Source of the DNA: Actinomycetes bacterium
GTDB lineage: Bacteria; Actinomycetota; Acidimicrobiia; Acidimicrobiales; WLNW01
DNA length: 27,568 nt
NCBI GenBank assembly: GCA_031393535.1
Contig: JANMVY010000115.1
Span: 1-27,568 of the forward strand
Direction: 5' to 3'
Both the position numbers and the translations under genes were made by a program. Of the stretch, positions 17,103 to 25,011 are shown piece after piece. Position 1 is the stretch's first letter. Each line of letters begins with the position of its first letter. Under the pieces are notes generated by a model. It saw nothing but the letters and a program-made list of their open reading frames with translations. It searched no databases and was not told the DNA's origin.

Positions 17103-20100
17103 GTGGATCCGCTCGAAAGCTTTTCGCCACCCGTGCGTGAGTGGTTCCTCGCGAGCTTCGGCGAAGCAACCCCGGTGCAGGCAGCGGGCTGGCCGGCCAT
17201 CGCGTCGGGTGCGCACGCGCTGCTGCTGGCACCCACCGGCTCGGGCAAGACGCTCGCGTCGTTCCTGTGGAGCATCGACCGGCTCATGGCGGGCCCGCCC
17301 GCCTCGGCTCGCAAAGGAACGCGGGTGCTATACCTGTCGCCGTTGCGCGCGCTCGCAGTCGACGTCGACAAGAACCTCCGCGCTCCGCTCCGTGGAATCA
17401 GGCTGGCCGGTGAGCGTCTCGGCATAGCGTTGTGCGAGCCCGCGGTGGGCATGCGCACGGGCGACACTGACCCACGCGAGCGGCGCCAGCTGATTCGCAA
17501 CCCGCCCGACATCCTCATCACCACGCCCGAGTCGCTGTACCTCATGCTCACGTCGCGCGCGCGTGACACGTTGCGCGACGTCGAGCACGTGATCGTCGAT
17601 GAGATCCACGCGGTCGCCGGCACCAAGCGCGGCGCGCATCTCGCGCTCAGCCTCGAGCGGCTCGACGAGCTCTGTGCGAAGCCACCGCAGCGCATCGGGT
17701 TGTCGGCCACGCAGCGGCCGCTCGACGAGATCGCACGGTTTCTCGGTGGCTACGACGACCACGGTGCGCCGCGTGCAGTGCGCATCGTCGACGCGGGCAT
17801 GCGCAAGGCGCTCGCGATCGAGGTGATCGTGCCGGTCGACGACATGGGTGCCATCTCGTCGCGCGAATTCGAACCCGCCGCCGCGCCGGGCGCGCCTGAG
17901 CTGCGCAGCATCTGGCCGTCGATCCACCCGATGGTGCTCGACCTTGTCGAGTCGCATCGTTCCACGATCATCTTCGTCAACGCTCGCCGTTCCGCGGAGC
18001 GTCTCGCGGCGAAGCTGAACGAGCTCGCCGCGGAGCGGACCGGCGCGGTCGACGGTGCGGTCGATGGCGCGGTGCTGCAGGTGGTGAAGGCGCACCATGG
18101 CTCGCTGTCGCGCGAACGCCGTCTGCTCATCGAAGACGAACTGAAAACGGGTCAGGTCAAGGCCATCGTGGCCACGAGCTCGCTCGAGCTCGGCATCGAC
18201 ATGGGCGCGGTCGACCTCGTCGTGCAGGTCGAGTCGCCGGGCGCCGTTTCTCGCGGGCTGCAACGCGTCGGACGCGCCGGCCACCAGGTGGGCGAGGCCA
18301 GCCGGGGCACGTTCTTCCCGAAGCACCGCAACGACCTACTCGAGACTGCGGTGGTGGTCGATCGCATGCAGCGCGGTCTCATCGAGGAGACGCACTACCC
18401 GCGCAACCCGCTCGACGTCCTCGCGCAGCAGATCGTCGCGATGTGTGCGCTCGACGATTGGCCGGTCGCCCGGCTCGCCACAATTGTGCGCCGTTGCGCG
18501 AACTTCGCCGAGCTCACCGACGACGTGTTCGCGGCCACACTCGACCTGCTCGCAGGCCGGTACCCCTCCGAAGAGTTCTCCGAGCTCCGCCCGCGGATCG
18601 TGTGGGACCGCGTCACCGACACGGTGCGCGGCCGTGCCGGCGCACAGCGTCTGGCGGTCACGAGCGGGGGCACCATTCCCGACCGCGGGTTGTTCGGGGT
18701 GTTCACCCCCGACGGTACGCGTATCGGCGAGCTCGATGAGGAGATGGTGTACGAGAGCCGCCCCGGTGAGACGTTCCTGTTGGGGGCGAGCACGTGGCGT
18801 ATCGAGGACATCACCTTCGAGCGGGTGATCGCCACACCGGCCCCGGGGCAGCCGGGCAAGATGCCGTTCTGGAAAGGCGACGGTCCGGGCCGGCCGATCG
18901 AGCTCGGCCGGGCACTCGGCGAGTTCGTCCGCACCATTCGCGCCATGCCCGAAGCGGCGGCGCTCGACCGCCTGCGCCGCGACCACTCGCTCGACGAACG
19001 CGCGGCGGCCAACCTGATGCGCTATCTCGACGAGCAAGCCGAAGCGACCGGCGTGGTGCCCGACGATCGCACGATCGTCGTCGAACGGTTTCGAGACGAG
19101 ATCGGCGACTGGCGCGTGTGCATACACACACCCTTCGGCGCGCGAATACACGCGCCGTGGGCGATTGCGTTGCGCGAACGCCTCCGCGAATCGTGGGGCA
19201 TCGATCCCGAAATGTTGTGGAGCGACGACGGCATCGTGGTGCGTCTCCCCGAGGCGGTCGATGAATTCCCGGTCGAAGCGTTGTCGATCGACCCGGCCGA
19301 CATCGACGAGCTCGTCGTCAGCAACTTGCCCGCCACGTCGTTGTTCGCGTCACGTTTTCGCGAGTGCGCAGCTCGCGCGCTGTTGCTGCCGCGCCGCCGT
19401 CCCGACCGGCGCACGCCGCTATGGCAACAACGCCAGCGAGCCGCGGATTTGTTGGCGGTCGCCGCGAGGTACCCACAGTTCCCGATGCTCCTCGAAGCCA
19501 CGCGTGAGTGCTGCAACGACGTCTTCGATCTTCCGGCGTTGCGCGGGGTGCTCACCGACATCGGCTCTCGTCGTGTGCGAGTTGTGCCGGTCGACAGTCG
19601 TAAGGCATCGCCGATGGCGCAGTCGCTGTTGTTCGGGTGGATCGCCGTGTATATGTACGAGAACGACGCGCCGCTGGCTGAACGGCGTGCCGCGGCGCTC
19701 GCGCTCGATCGCGATCTGCTCCGCGAACTGCTCGGCGCCGAGGAACTGCGTGAACTCCTCGATCCCGACGTGCTCGCCACGCTCGAGTGCGAGCTGCAGC
19801 GGCTGGTTCCTGAGCGCCACGCACGCGACGCCGATGGTGTGCACGACCTCGTGCGGCTGCTCGGACCGCTGACGCGCGCCGAGATCGATCTGCGTTGTAC
19901 GGGCGATACAGCGGGCTGGATCGCCGAGTTGCTCGCGCAGCGGCGCATGATCGAGGTGCAGCTGGCCGGCTGCGGGCAACTCGCCGCGGCGGATGACGCA
20001 GCCCGCCTGCGCGACGCGCTCGGTACCGCGTTGCCTCGTGGTCTGCCCGCGGTCTATTCCGACCCCGTCGACGATCCGCTGGGCGATCTGGTGTCGCGCT

Positions 20101-21569
20101 ACGCCCGCACGCACGGTCCGTTCGTGGCGCGCGAGGTGGCGAGTCGTTTCGGGCTCGAGTCCGAGCGGGTCCTTCCGGTGCTCGATCGTCTGGTTGCGTC
20201 CGGTCGCCTGGTGCGTGGCGAGTTCCGCCCCGGCGGCGTCGCGCGCGAATGGTGTGACGACGACGTGTTGCGCCGGCTGCGCCGTCGATCGCTCGCCGCA
20301 CTCCGTCGTGAGATCGAACCCGTCGAGGCCGAGGCATACTCGCGGTTCCTGGCGGCCTGGCAGGGCGTCGACGTACCCCGCCGCGGCATCGATGGGCTCG
20401 TCGAGGCCATCGGCGTGCTGCAGGGCGCAGCGATTCCGGCGTCCGCGCTCGAGGCCGACGTGCTCGCCGCGCGGGTGATCGGGTACCGCGCGGCCGACCT
20501 CGACGCGTTGTGCACCGCCGGCGAGGTCGTGTGGATCGGCGCGGGTGCGGCCGGCGCGACCGACGGGCGACTGCGGTTGTTCTTCCGCGACCAGGTTGCA
20601 TTGCTCGTCCCGTCGGCGGTTGATCCGCTCCCTGATGCACCGGCGCACAGTGCGCTTGTCGCGCATCTCGAACGCAGTGGTGCGTCGTTTTGGACCGACC
20701 TCGTTCGCGCCGCGAGCGATGCCGCGCAGGCCTACGACGATGCCTCGGTGCTCGCCGCGCTGTGGGATCTCGTGTGGGCGGGTGTGGTCACGAATGACTC
20801 GCTCGCGCCGGTGCGTGCCTTCGTCGCTGGCGCCCGCCGCAGGCGTGGCGGCGCAACTCGTGGAACGCTCGTGCGCCCTCGGCCGGGTCGTCTTTCGCGT
20901 CTCGGGCCGCCCGCGGGTGCAGGCCGCTGGTCGCTCGTACGTGCCCTCGTCGAGCCCGCGGTCGATCCCACCGCCGCCGCGCACGCGAGGGCACGTCAAC
21001 TTCTCGAACGCTACGGCGTGCTCACGCGCGAATCCGCGCTCGGCGAAGGGGTCGTCGGTGGGTTCGCCGGCGTGTATCCCGTACTCAACGAGCTCGAAGC
21101 GCGCGGTCACGTGCGTCGCGGGTACTTCGTGGCCGGGTTGGGCGCGGCTCAGTTCGCGTTGCCGGGCGCAGTCGACCGGCTGCGGGCGGAGCGCGCCGGC
21201 TTCGACGCGCACGGTCGTGCACCCACGCGGCCGCTGGTGCTCGCGGCCACCGATCCGGCGCAGCCGTACGGTGCGGTGCTGCCGTGGCCCGACTCGGCCA
21301 TGCGCCCGGCGCGAGCGGCGGGGGCACACGTGGTGCTACACGACGGAGCGTTGCGCGCGTACCTCGAACGCGGCGACAAGTCCATCGTCACCTTCGGCGA
21401 CGATCATGCGGTCTGGATCAGCGCCTTGGTAGCCCGCAAGACGAGCGGTCGCGTGGCGCGCATCGAGCTCACCAAGATCGACGGCCAACCCGTTCGCGAC
21501 CACGTCGCCGCGGCCGCGCTGCGCACCGCGGGTTTCGTCGACAGCTACCGCGGCATGTTGTTGCCGTGA
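17103..21569 (+). CDS. lhr: Full-length Lhr SF2 helicase with C-terminal winged-helix/AlkZ-like region
   Basis: 1488 aa; APTGSGKT, YLSPLRAL, ITTPESLYL, DEIH, GLSAT, HHGSLS, TSSLELGIDMG, QRVGRAGH, TSGGTIPDRG, GELDEEMVYE, ARYARTHGPF, LLERYGV and AATDPAQPYG. Confidence 0.96.
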   Translation: MDPLESFSPPVREWFLASFGEATPVQAAGWPAIASGAHALLLAPTGSGKTLASFLWSIDRLMAGPPASARKGTRVLYLSPLRALAVDVDKNLRAPLRGIRLAGERLGIALCEPAVGMRTGDTDPRERRQLIRNPPDILITTPESLYLMLTSRARDTLRDVEHVIVDEIHAVAGTKRGAHLALSLERLDELCAKPPQRIGLSATQRPLDEIARFLGGYDDHGAPRAVRIVDAGMRKALAIEVIVPVDDMGAISSREFEPAAAPGAPELRSIWPSIHPMVLDLVESHRSTIIFVNARRSAERLAAKLNELAAERTGAVDGAVDGAVLQVVKAHHGSLSRERRLLIEDELKTGQVKAIVATSSLELGIDMGAVDLVVQVESPGAVSRGLQRVGRAGHQVGEASRGTFFPKHRNDLLETAVVVDRMQRGLIEETHYPRNPLDVLAQQIVAMCALDDWPVARLATIVRRCANFAELTDDVFAATLDLLAGRYPSEEFSELRPRIVWDRVTDTVRGRAGAQRLAVTSGGTIPDRGLFGVFTPDGTRIGELDEEMVYESRPGETFLLGASTWRIEDITFERVIATPAPGQPGKMPFWKGDGPGRPIELGRALGEFVRTIRAMPEAAALDRLRRDHSLDERAAANLMRYLDEQAEATGVVPDDRTIVVERFRDEIGDWRVCIHTPFGARIHAPWAIALRERLRESWGIDPEMLWSDDGIVVRLPEAVDEFPVEALSIDPADIDELVVSNLPATSLFASRFRECAARALLLPRRRPDRRTPLWQQRQRAADLLAVAARYPQFPMLLEATRECCNDVFDLPALRGVLTDIGSRRVRVVPVDSRKASPMAQSLLFGWIAVYMYENDAPLAERRAAALALDRDLLRELLGAEELRELLDPDVLATLECELQRLVPERHARDADGVHDLVRLLGPLTRAEIDLRCTGDTAGWIAELLAQRRMIEVQLAGCGQLAAADDAARLRDALGTALPRGLPAVYSDPVDDPLGDLVSRYARTHGPFVAREVASRFGLESERVLPVLDRLVASGRLVRGEFRPGGVAREWCDDDVLRRLRRRSLAALRREIEPVEAEAYSRFLAAWQGVDVPRRGIDGLVEAIGVLQGAAIPASALEADVLAARVIGYRAADLDALCTAGEVVWIGAGAAGATDGRLRLFFRDQVALLVPSAVDPLPDAPAHSALVAHLERSGASFWTDLVRAASDAAQAYDDASVLAALWDLVWAGVVTNDSLAPVRAFVAGARRRRGGATRGTLVRPRPGRLSRLGPPAGAGRWSLVRALVEPAVDPTAAAHARARQLLERYGVLTRESALGEGVVGGFAGVYPVLNELEARGHVRRGYFVAGLGAAQFALPGAVDRLRAERAGFDAHGRAPTRPLVLAATDPAQPYGAVLPWPDSAMRPARAAGAHVVLHDGALRAYLERGDKSIVTFGDDHAVWISALVARKTSGRVARIELTKIDGQPVRDHVAAAALRTAGFVDSYRGMLLP

Positions 21570-21573
21570 GCCC

Positions 21574-22119
21574 CTACAACGCGAACACGCCGTCGAGCAG
21601 AAGGCGAACCGCGGCCAAGACCAGTGCGACACTCGACACGGCGCCCAGCGCGCGCTCGACGCGCGTCACCGTCACGGTCGAACCACCGCGTGCGTTCCAC
21701 CAACCCACCGTGGCCGCGAACGCGACCGTCGCCGCGACCGCCACCGATGCCACTCCGCCTGCGTCGTACGCCGCCAGTGCGACTACGGCGAGATCAGGTC
21801 GCATCAGCACCGGAAACCACACCGGGTTGAGCCATGCACGCGCCGCGTCGTCCATGGGCATCGGCGCCGGGGGAGCCGTCGCAAGGGCGTGCAGGCCGAC
21901 GACGACCAACACGAGCCCCGCGGCGATCCGCGCGTTCGGTGCGCTCACGTCGAGCGTGTCGCGCGCGTTGGCCCCGACGATGGCGAGTACGGCGTAGCTC
22001 GTCACGGCGCCGACGGCGCCGCCGACCAGCGTGCGAACACGGGGTACCGACAGAGCCGTTCGTCGACGGAACGGGTTCGTGGCGCCGAAAAATGCGATGA
22101 CTACGGCCCAGACGGTCAT
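21574..22119 (-). CDS. MarC-like small integral membrane protein (divergent)
   Basis: 181 aa, almost entirely hydrophobic. FFGATNPF, DTLDVSAPNARIAAGLVL, PVWFPVL and VERALG mirror the MarC pattern (F..xNP, lgis..afriAGGl, PlaxP, l.Rl.G). ATGA coupling to the upstream gene. Confidence 0.65.
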   Translation of the reverse strand: MTVWAVVIAFFGATNPFRRRTALSVPRVRTLVGGAVGAVTSYAVLAIVGANARDTLDVSAPNARIAAGLVLVVVGLHALATAPPAPMPMDDAARAWLNPVWFPVLMRPDLAVVALAAYDAGGVASVAVAATVAFAATVGWWNARGGSTVTVTRVERALGAVSSVALVLAAVRLLLDGVFAL

Positions 22120-23303
22120 GACGTCGCCTCCAGGTCGCGTAGCAACAACAACGCCGAGAGCGCGTGTTGCTGGTCGTCGATCTGGGTGGTGCCGTCGCGG
22201 ATCCACGCACCGCGTGCTCGCTCGGGATTCGGGTACCGCGCGCTGGCCGCTGGGCTGGTCTGGCGATGCAGCAGTACACCGGCTGCGCACTCGGCGCGTC
22301 GGCGCAACATCTGGTCGCCCGCGAGGGCGGGCACCGAGCGCAACGACATCAACGCTTCGGCCAGCGCGCCAACGCCCGCACCGAGCCCGGTCTGCCCGCG
22401 AGTCGCGCGGCTGAACCAGGTGCCGGTGCGTTGTGACTCGTAACGGATCTGCATGCTCTCGAGGGCTCCGATGTGGCGCGCGTACGCGACGAGCGTGTCG
22501 TCGACGACGCTCGGCGCCGGCCACCGGGACATCTCCGCGAGCGCGTACGCGGCCCAATGGTCGGGTACGTCGGGCCAGCGGCTTTCGGCGTCGTCGCGGG
22601 TGGTGGCGAGGTAATGCGCTATCCGCAAGGCCGGGTCGCGCCACTCGCCGGGGAAGAGGCGCTCGAGACGGGCGATCGCCCACAGCGCCTCGCCGGTGTA
22701 GAAGGGCGACGAGGTCGATGTGATCGGCGCGGCTGCGCGCGCGTCCCAATAGGCGGCCACGGCCCCCGACGGCGCAACATTGGCGACGAGGAATCGGCCG
22801 AGGTCGACGAGCAACATGTCGTCGTCGGCGACGTCGCCGAGGGCACGGCGATAGAGCAGGGCGTTGAGGAACAGCGCCGTCGCGCCGATGTCGTACTGTC
22901 CGTCATCGACAACGGGAGCGAGCGCGTGGCCGCCCCCGGCTGCGACCAGGTGCGCTCGAGCGTACGCGTCGGCCTTCTCGGCGATGGCCCGAGCGCCGTC
23001 GACGCCCGCACCGGCGGCTTGGTAGAGCGCCATCGTGAGGCCCGCGTGGCGCACGAACTCGTAGAACCCTCGGTCGGTGTCGGTGCGCGCGTTGTAGCGG
23101 TAGATGAAGCGGCCGTCGGGACCTTGGGTGCGCGACGCCCAACCGACGGCCTCGTCGATCGCGTGGTCGAGTCGTTCGACGCTCACGGTGCCGCATTGCT
23201 CGGGTTGTGCGATCACGAGACGAACCACGCCGAACGTCAGTACCCATGTGGCGAGCCCGCCACACACACGTTGTCGTCGTGTCATCGCCTCGCGCCGCCT
23301 CAC
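22116..23303 (-). CDS. Membrane-anchored/secreted protein of unknown function with predicted alpha/alpha-barrel (toroid) fold
   Basis: 395 aa from GTG 23303 (TAGGCT 7 nt upstream; ATG 23285 is an alternative). N-terminal Arg-rich plus hydrophobic segment; motifs GRFIYRY, VRHAG, FYTGEAL, DHW and IDDQQHALSAL on amphipathic helices. The fold is inferred. Confidence 0.75.
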   Translation of the reverse strand: MRRREAMTRRQRVCGGLATWVLTFGVVRLVIAQPEQCGTVSVERLDHAIDEAVGWASRTQGPDGRFIYRYNARTDTDRGFYEFVRHAGLTMALYQAAGAGVDGARAIAEKADAYARAHLVAAGGGHALAPVVDDGQYDIGATALFLNALLYRRALGDVADDDMLLVDLGRFLVANVAPSGAVAAYWDARAAAPITSTSSPFYTGEALWAIARLERLFPGEWRDPALRIAHYLATTRDDAESRWPDVPDHWAAYALAEMSRWPAPSVVDDTLVAYARHIGALESMQIRYESQRTGTWFSRATRGQTGLGAGVGALAEALMSLRSVPALAGDQMLRRRAECAAGVLLHRQTSPAASARYPNPERARGAWIRDGTTQIDDQQHALSALLLLRDLEATS

Positions 23304-23647
23304 CGCCGCGAGCCTACGGCGGGTCCGCCCAGCGGTCGGGGTATGCCGCGCACCCACGAGCGCAAGATGGCTCGATGCCGTCGACCGCATGCGGGCCGTA
23401 GGGCTCACCTACGGCTCTCCGCTGCGGCAGCCAAGTTGTGACGTGTCGAAATGCGACGTTCGGTGGCAAGGTCGTGGCCTACGTGATCGACCACCCGGTG
23501 CCCGAACACGGCACCGACGGCTGCGCTCGCGCCGTACCCGCGGTCCTCTTTTGGACAGGCGCGCTGGCGGGCACCGCGACCTGTGGTTGGCAGTGCTGAG
23601 ATCGCGGGCTGGCTGAGCGAGCACCTGGATCCGGTAGCGTGCGACGC

Positions 23648-24070
23648 ATGCGTCGGCGGGTCGCGTCGGTGGTGTCGCTCGTCGCGGTGGCCGCGGTGCT
23701 GAGCCCCGCGCTCCACGAGCGCGACAGCTATCCGCTGTCGACCTACCCGATGTTCTCCTATGACCGCGGACGCCTCGCCACGATCGACACCGCGGTCGGG
23801 TACGACACCGTGGGCGCACGCAAACGGCTGTCCCCCACGCTCATCGCAGGCGGAATCGAGGTGATCCACGCTGCGGTCACCGTGACCGTGGCCATCGAAC
23901 GGGGCGATACCGACGCGTTGTGTCGCGAGATCGCCGCGCGCGCGCGTGCACGTAGGGACCTCGTACGCATCGAGGTCGTGTCCGAAACCCTCGACGTGAT
24001 CGCGTACTTCGACGGAAACGACGAACCGGCCTCCGTCGTCGTCCACGCCTCGTGCGAGGTGTCGCGATGA
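23648..24070 (+). CDS. Small exported/membrane-anchored HTTM-partner protein of unknown function
   Basis: 140 aa; RRR plus hydrophobic N-terminal helix, then DSYPLSTYPMFS and two Cys (LCREIA, ASCEV). TAGCGT (23635-23640) lies 7 nt before the ATG. Its TGA overlaps the HTTM ATG. Confidence 0.75.
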   Translation: MRRRVASVVSLVAVAAVLSPALHERDSYPLSTYPMFSYDRGRLATIDTAVGYDTVGARKRLSPTLIAGGIEVIHAAVTVTVAIERGDTDALCREIAARARARRDLVRIEVVSETLDVIAYFDGNDEPASVVVHASCEVSR

Positions 24071-25011
24071 GCGCAGCTCGCGACCGCTACTTTGCACCTG
24101 AGGTGCCGACTCGTCTCGCAGCGTTGCGGGTGCTCGTCGGGTTGTTCGGCACCGTGTTCCTGCTCGTACGCACCGGCTACCTCTTCGACGTGGCCCGTCT
24201 CCCCGTTTCGCGCTTCGATCCGGTCGGGCCGCTGTCGTGGTTGGGTGAGCCACTGCCGGTGGGCGTGGTGCAACTCGGGGCCATCGCGGCCATTGGCCTT
24301 GCGGTCGCCTTCACGTTGGGTTGGCGGCACCGGGTGACGGGGCCGCTCTACGCACTGTTGCTTCTCGCCGTGACCGTGTACGACAATTCGTGGCAGCACA
24401 TAGCGCACGCGGAAAACCTGTTCACGCTCCACACGATCGTGCTCGGGCTCGCTCCGTCGGCTGACGCGTGGTCGCTGGATTCGCGGCGTCGTGGCGTTCG
24501 CGCCAATCGGCCCGGGCCCGCCGAGGCATATGGATGGCCGGTGCGGCTCTTGTCGGTGATCACCGTGTGCACATACGCGCTCGCGGGTTGGGCGAAGTTG
24601 CGAAACGGCGGCTTCGACTGGATTACGGGCGACGTGTTGCGCAACCAGGTCGCGCACGACAACGTGCGCAAAGCGCTGCTCGGCGATCGGAACTCGCCGA
24701 TCGGGGGTCACCTCGTGCAGTACCGGTGGGTCTTCCCGCCAATGGCCCTGGCTTCGGTGTTCGTCGAGCTCGGTGCGCCCGTCGCGCTGCTGGGTGGCCG
24801 CGCCCGTCGTGGCTGGGTCGCTGCGGCCTGGCTCTTCCACGTGGGAGTCCTCGCGCTGATGGCGATCTTGTTCATCTACCCGCTCACGGGTATCGCGTTC
24901 GCCTCGTTCGGGCGTCCCGATCTGTGGTGGGAACGGTTCGTCGCGCGACGTCGAGCCGTTCGAACCCTTGAGGAACCGACCGCCGCCGCGTACGGTCAAC
25001 GGCGTGCCTGA
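24067..25011 (+). CDS. HTTM-domain (vitamin K-dependent gamma-carboxylase/SdpB-like) polytopic membrane protein
   Basis: 314 aa; RLAALRVLVG, LGWRxR, NSWQHIAH, DAWSLD, YALAGWAKL...DW..G, ELGAP and FHVGVLALM are HTTM-family motifs. Confidence 0.85.
   Translation: MSAARDRYFAPEVPTRLAALRVLVGLFGTVFLLVRTGYLFDVARLPVSRFDPVGPLSWLGEPLPVGVVQLGAIAAIGLAVAFTLGWRHRVTGPLYALLLLAVTVYDNSWQHIAHAENLFTLHTIVLGLAPSADAWSLDSRRRGVRANRPGPAEAYGWPVRLLSVITVCTYALAGWAKLRNGGFDWITGDVLRNQVAHDNVRKALLGDRNSPIGGHLVQYRWVFPPMALASVFVELGAPVALLGGRARRGWVAAAWLFHVGVLALMAILFIYPLTGIAFASFGRPDLWWERFVARRRAVRTLEEPTAAAYGQRRA

Noticed and set aside
18042-18074. GAVD-GAVD-GAV 12-bp repeat in lhr
   Set aside because: A short, degenerate, in-frame expansion in a variable loop with no functional implication I can support.
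4066-21329. Long alternative-frame or antisense ORFs (e.g. 4066..6090-, 19419..21329-, 15199..17061+, 8494..9777+, 14138..15421-)
   Set aside because: They are Arg/Ala/Pro-rich shadows of well-supported genes with no recognisable motifs; such open frames are expected at about 70% GC.
23590-23645. TPP-riboswitch-like words (CTGAGA ... ACCTGGATCCGG)
   Set aside because: The downstream GCGnAGGGA and the P2/P3 architecture are missing, no thiamine gene is adjacent, and the next gene looks leaderless.
23594-23650. Selenocysteine or read-through at TGC-TGA (23597) joining the small ORF to the HTTM partner in frame
   Set aside because: No convincing SECIS hairpin, poor GC3 in the intervening codons, and the downstream gene has its own -10 box.
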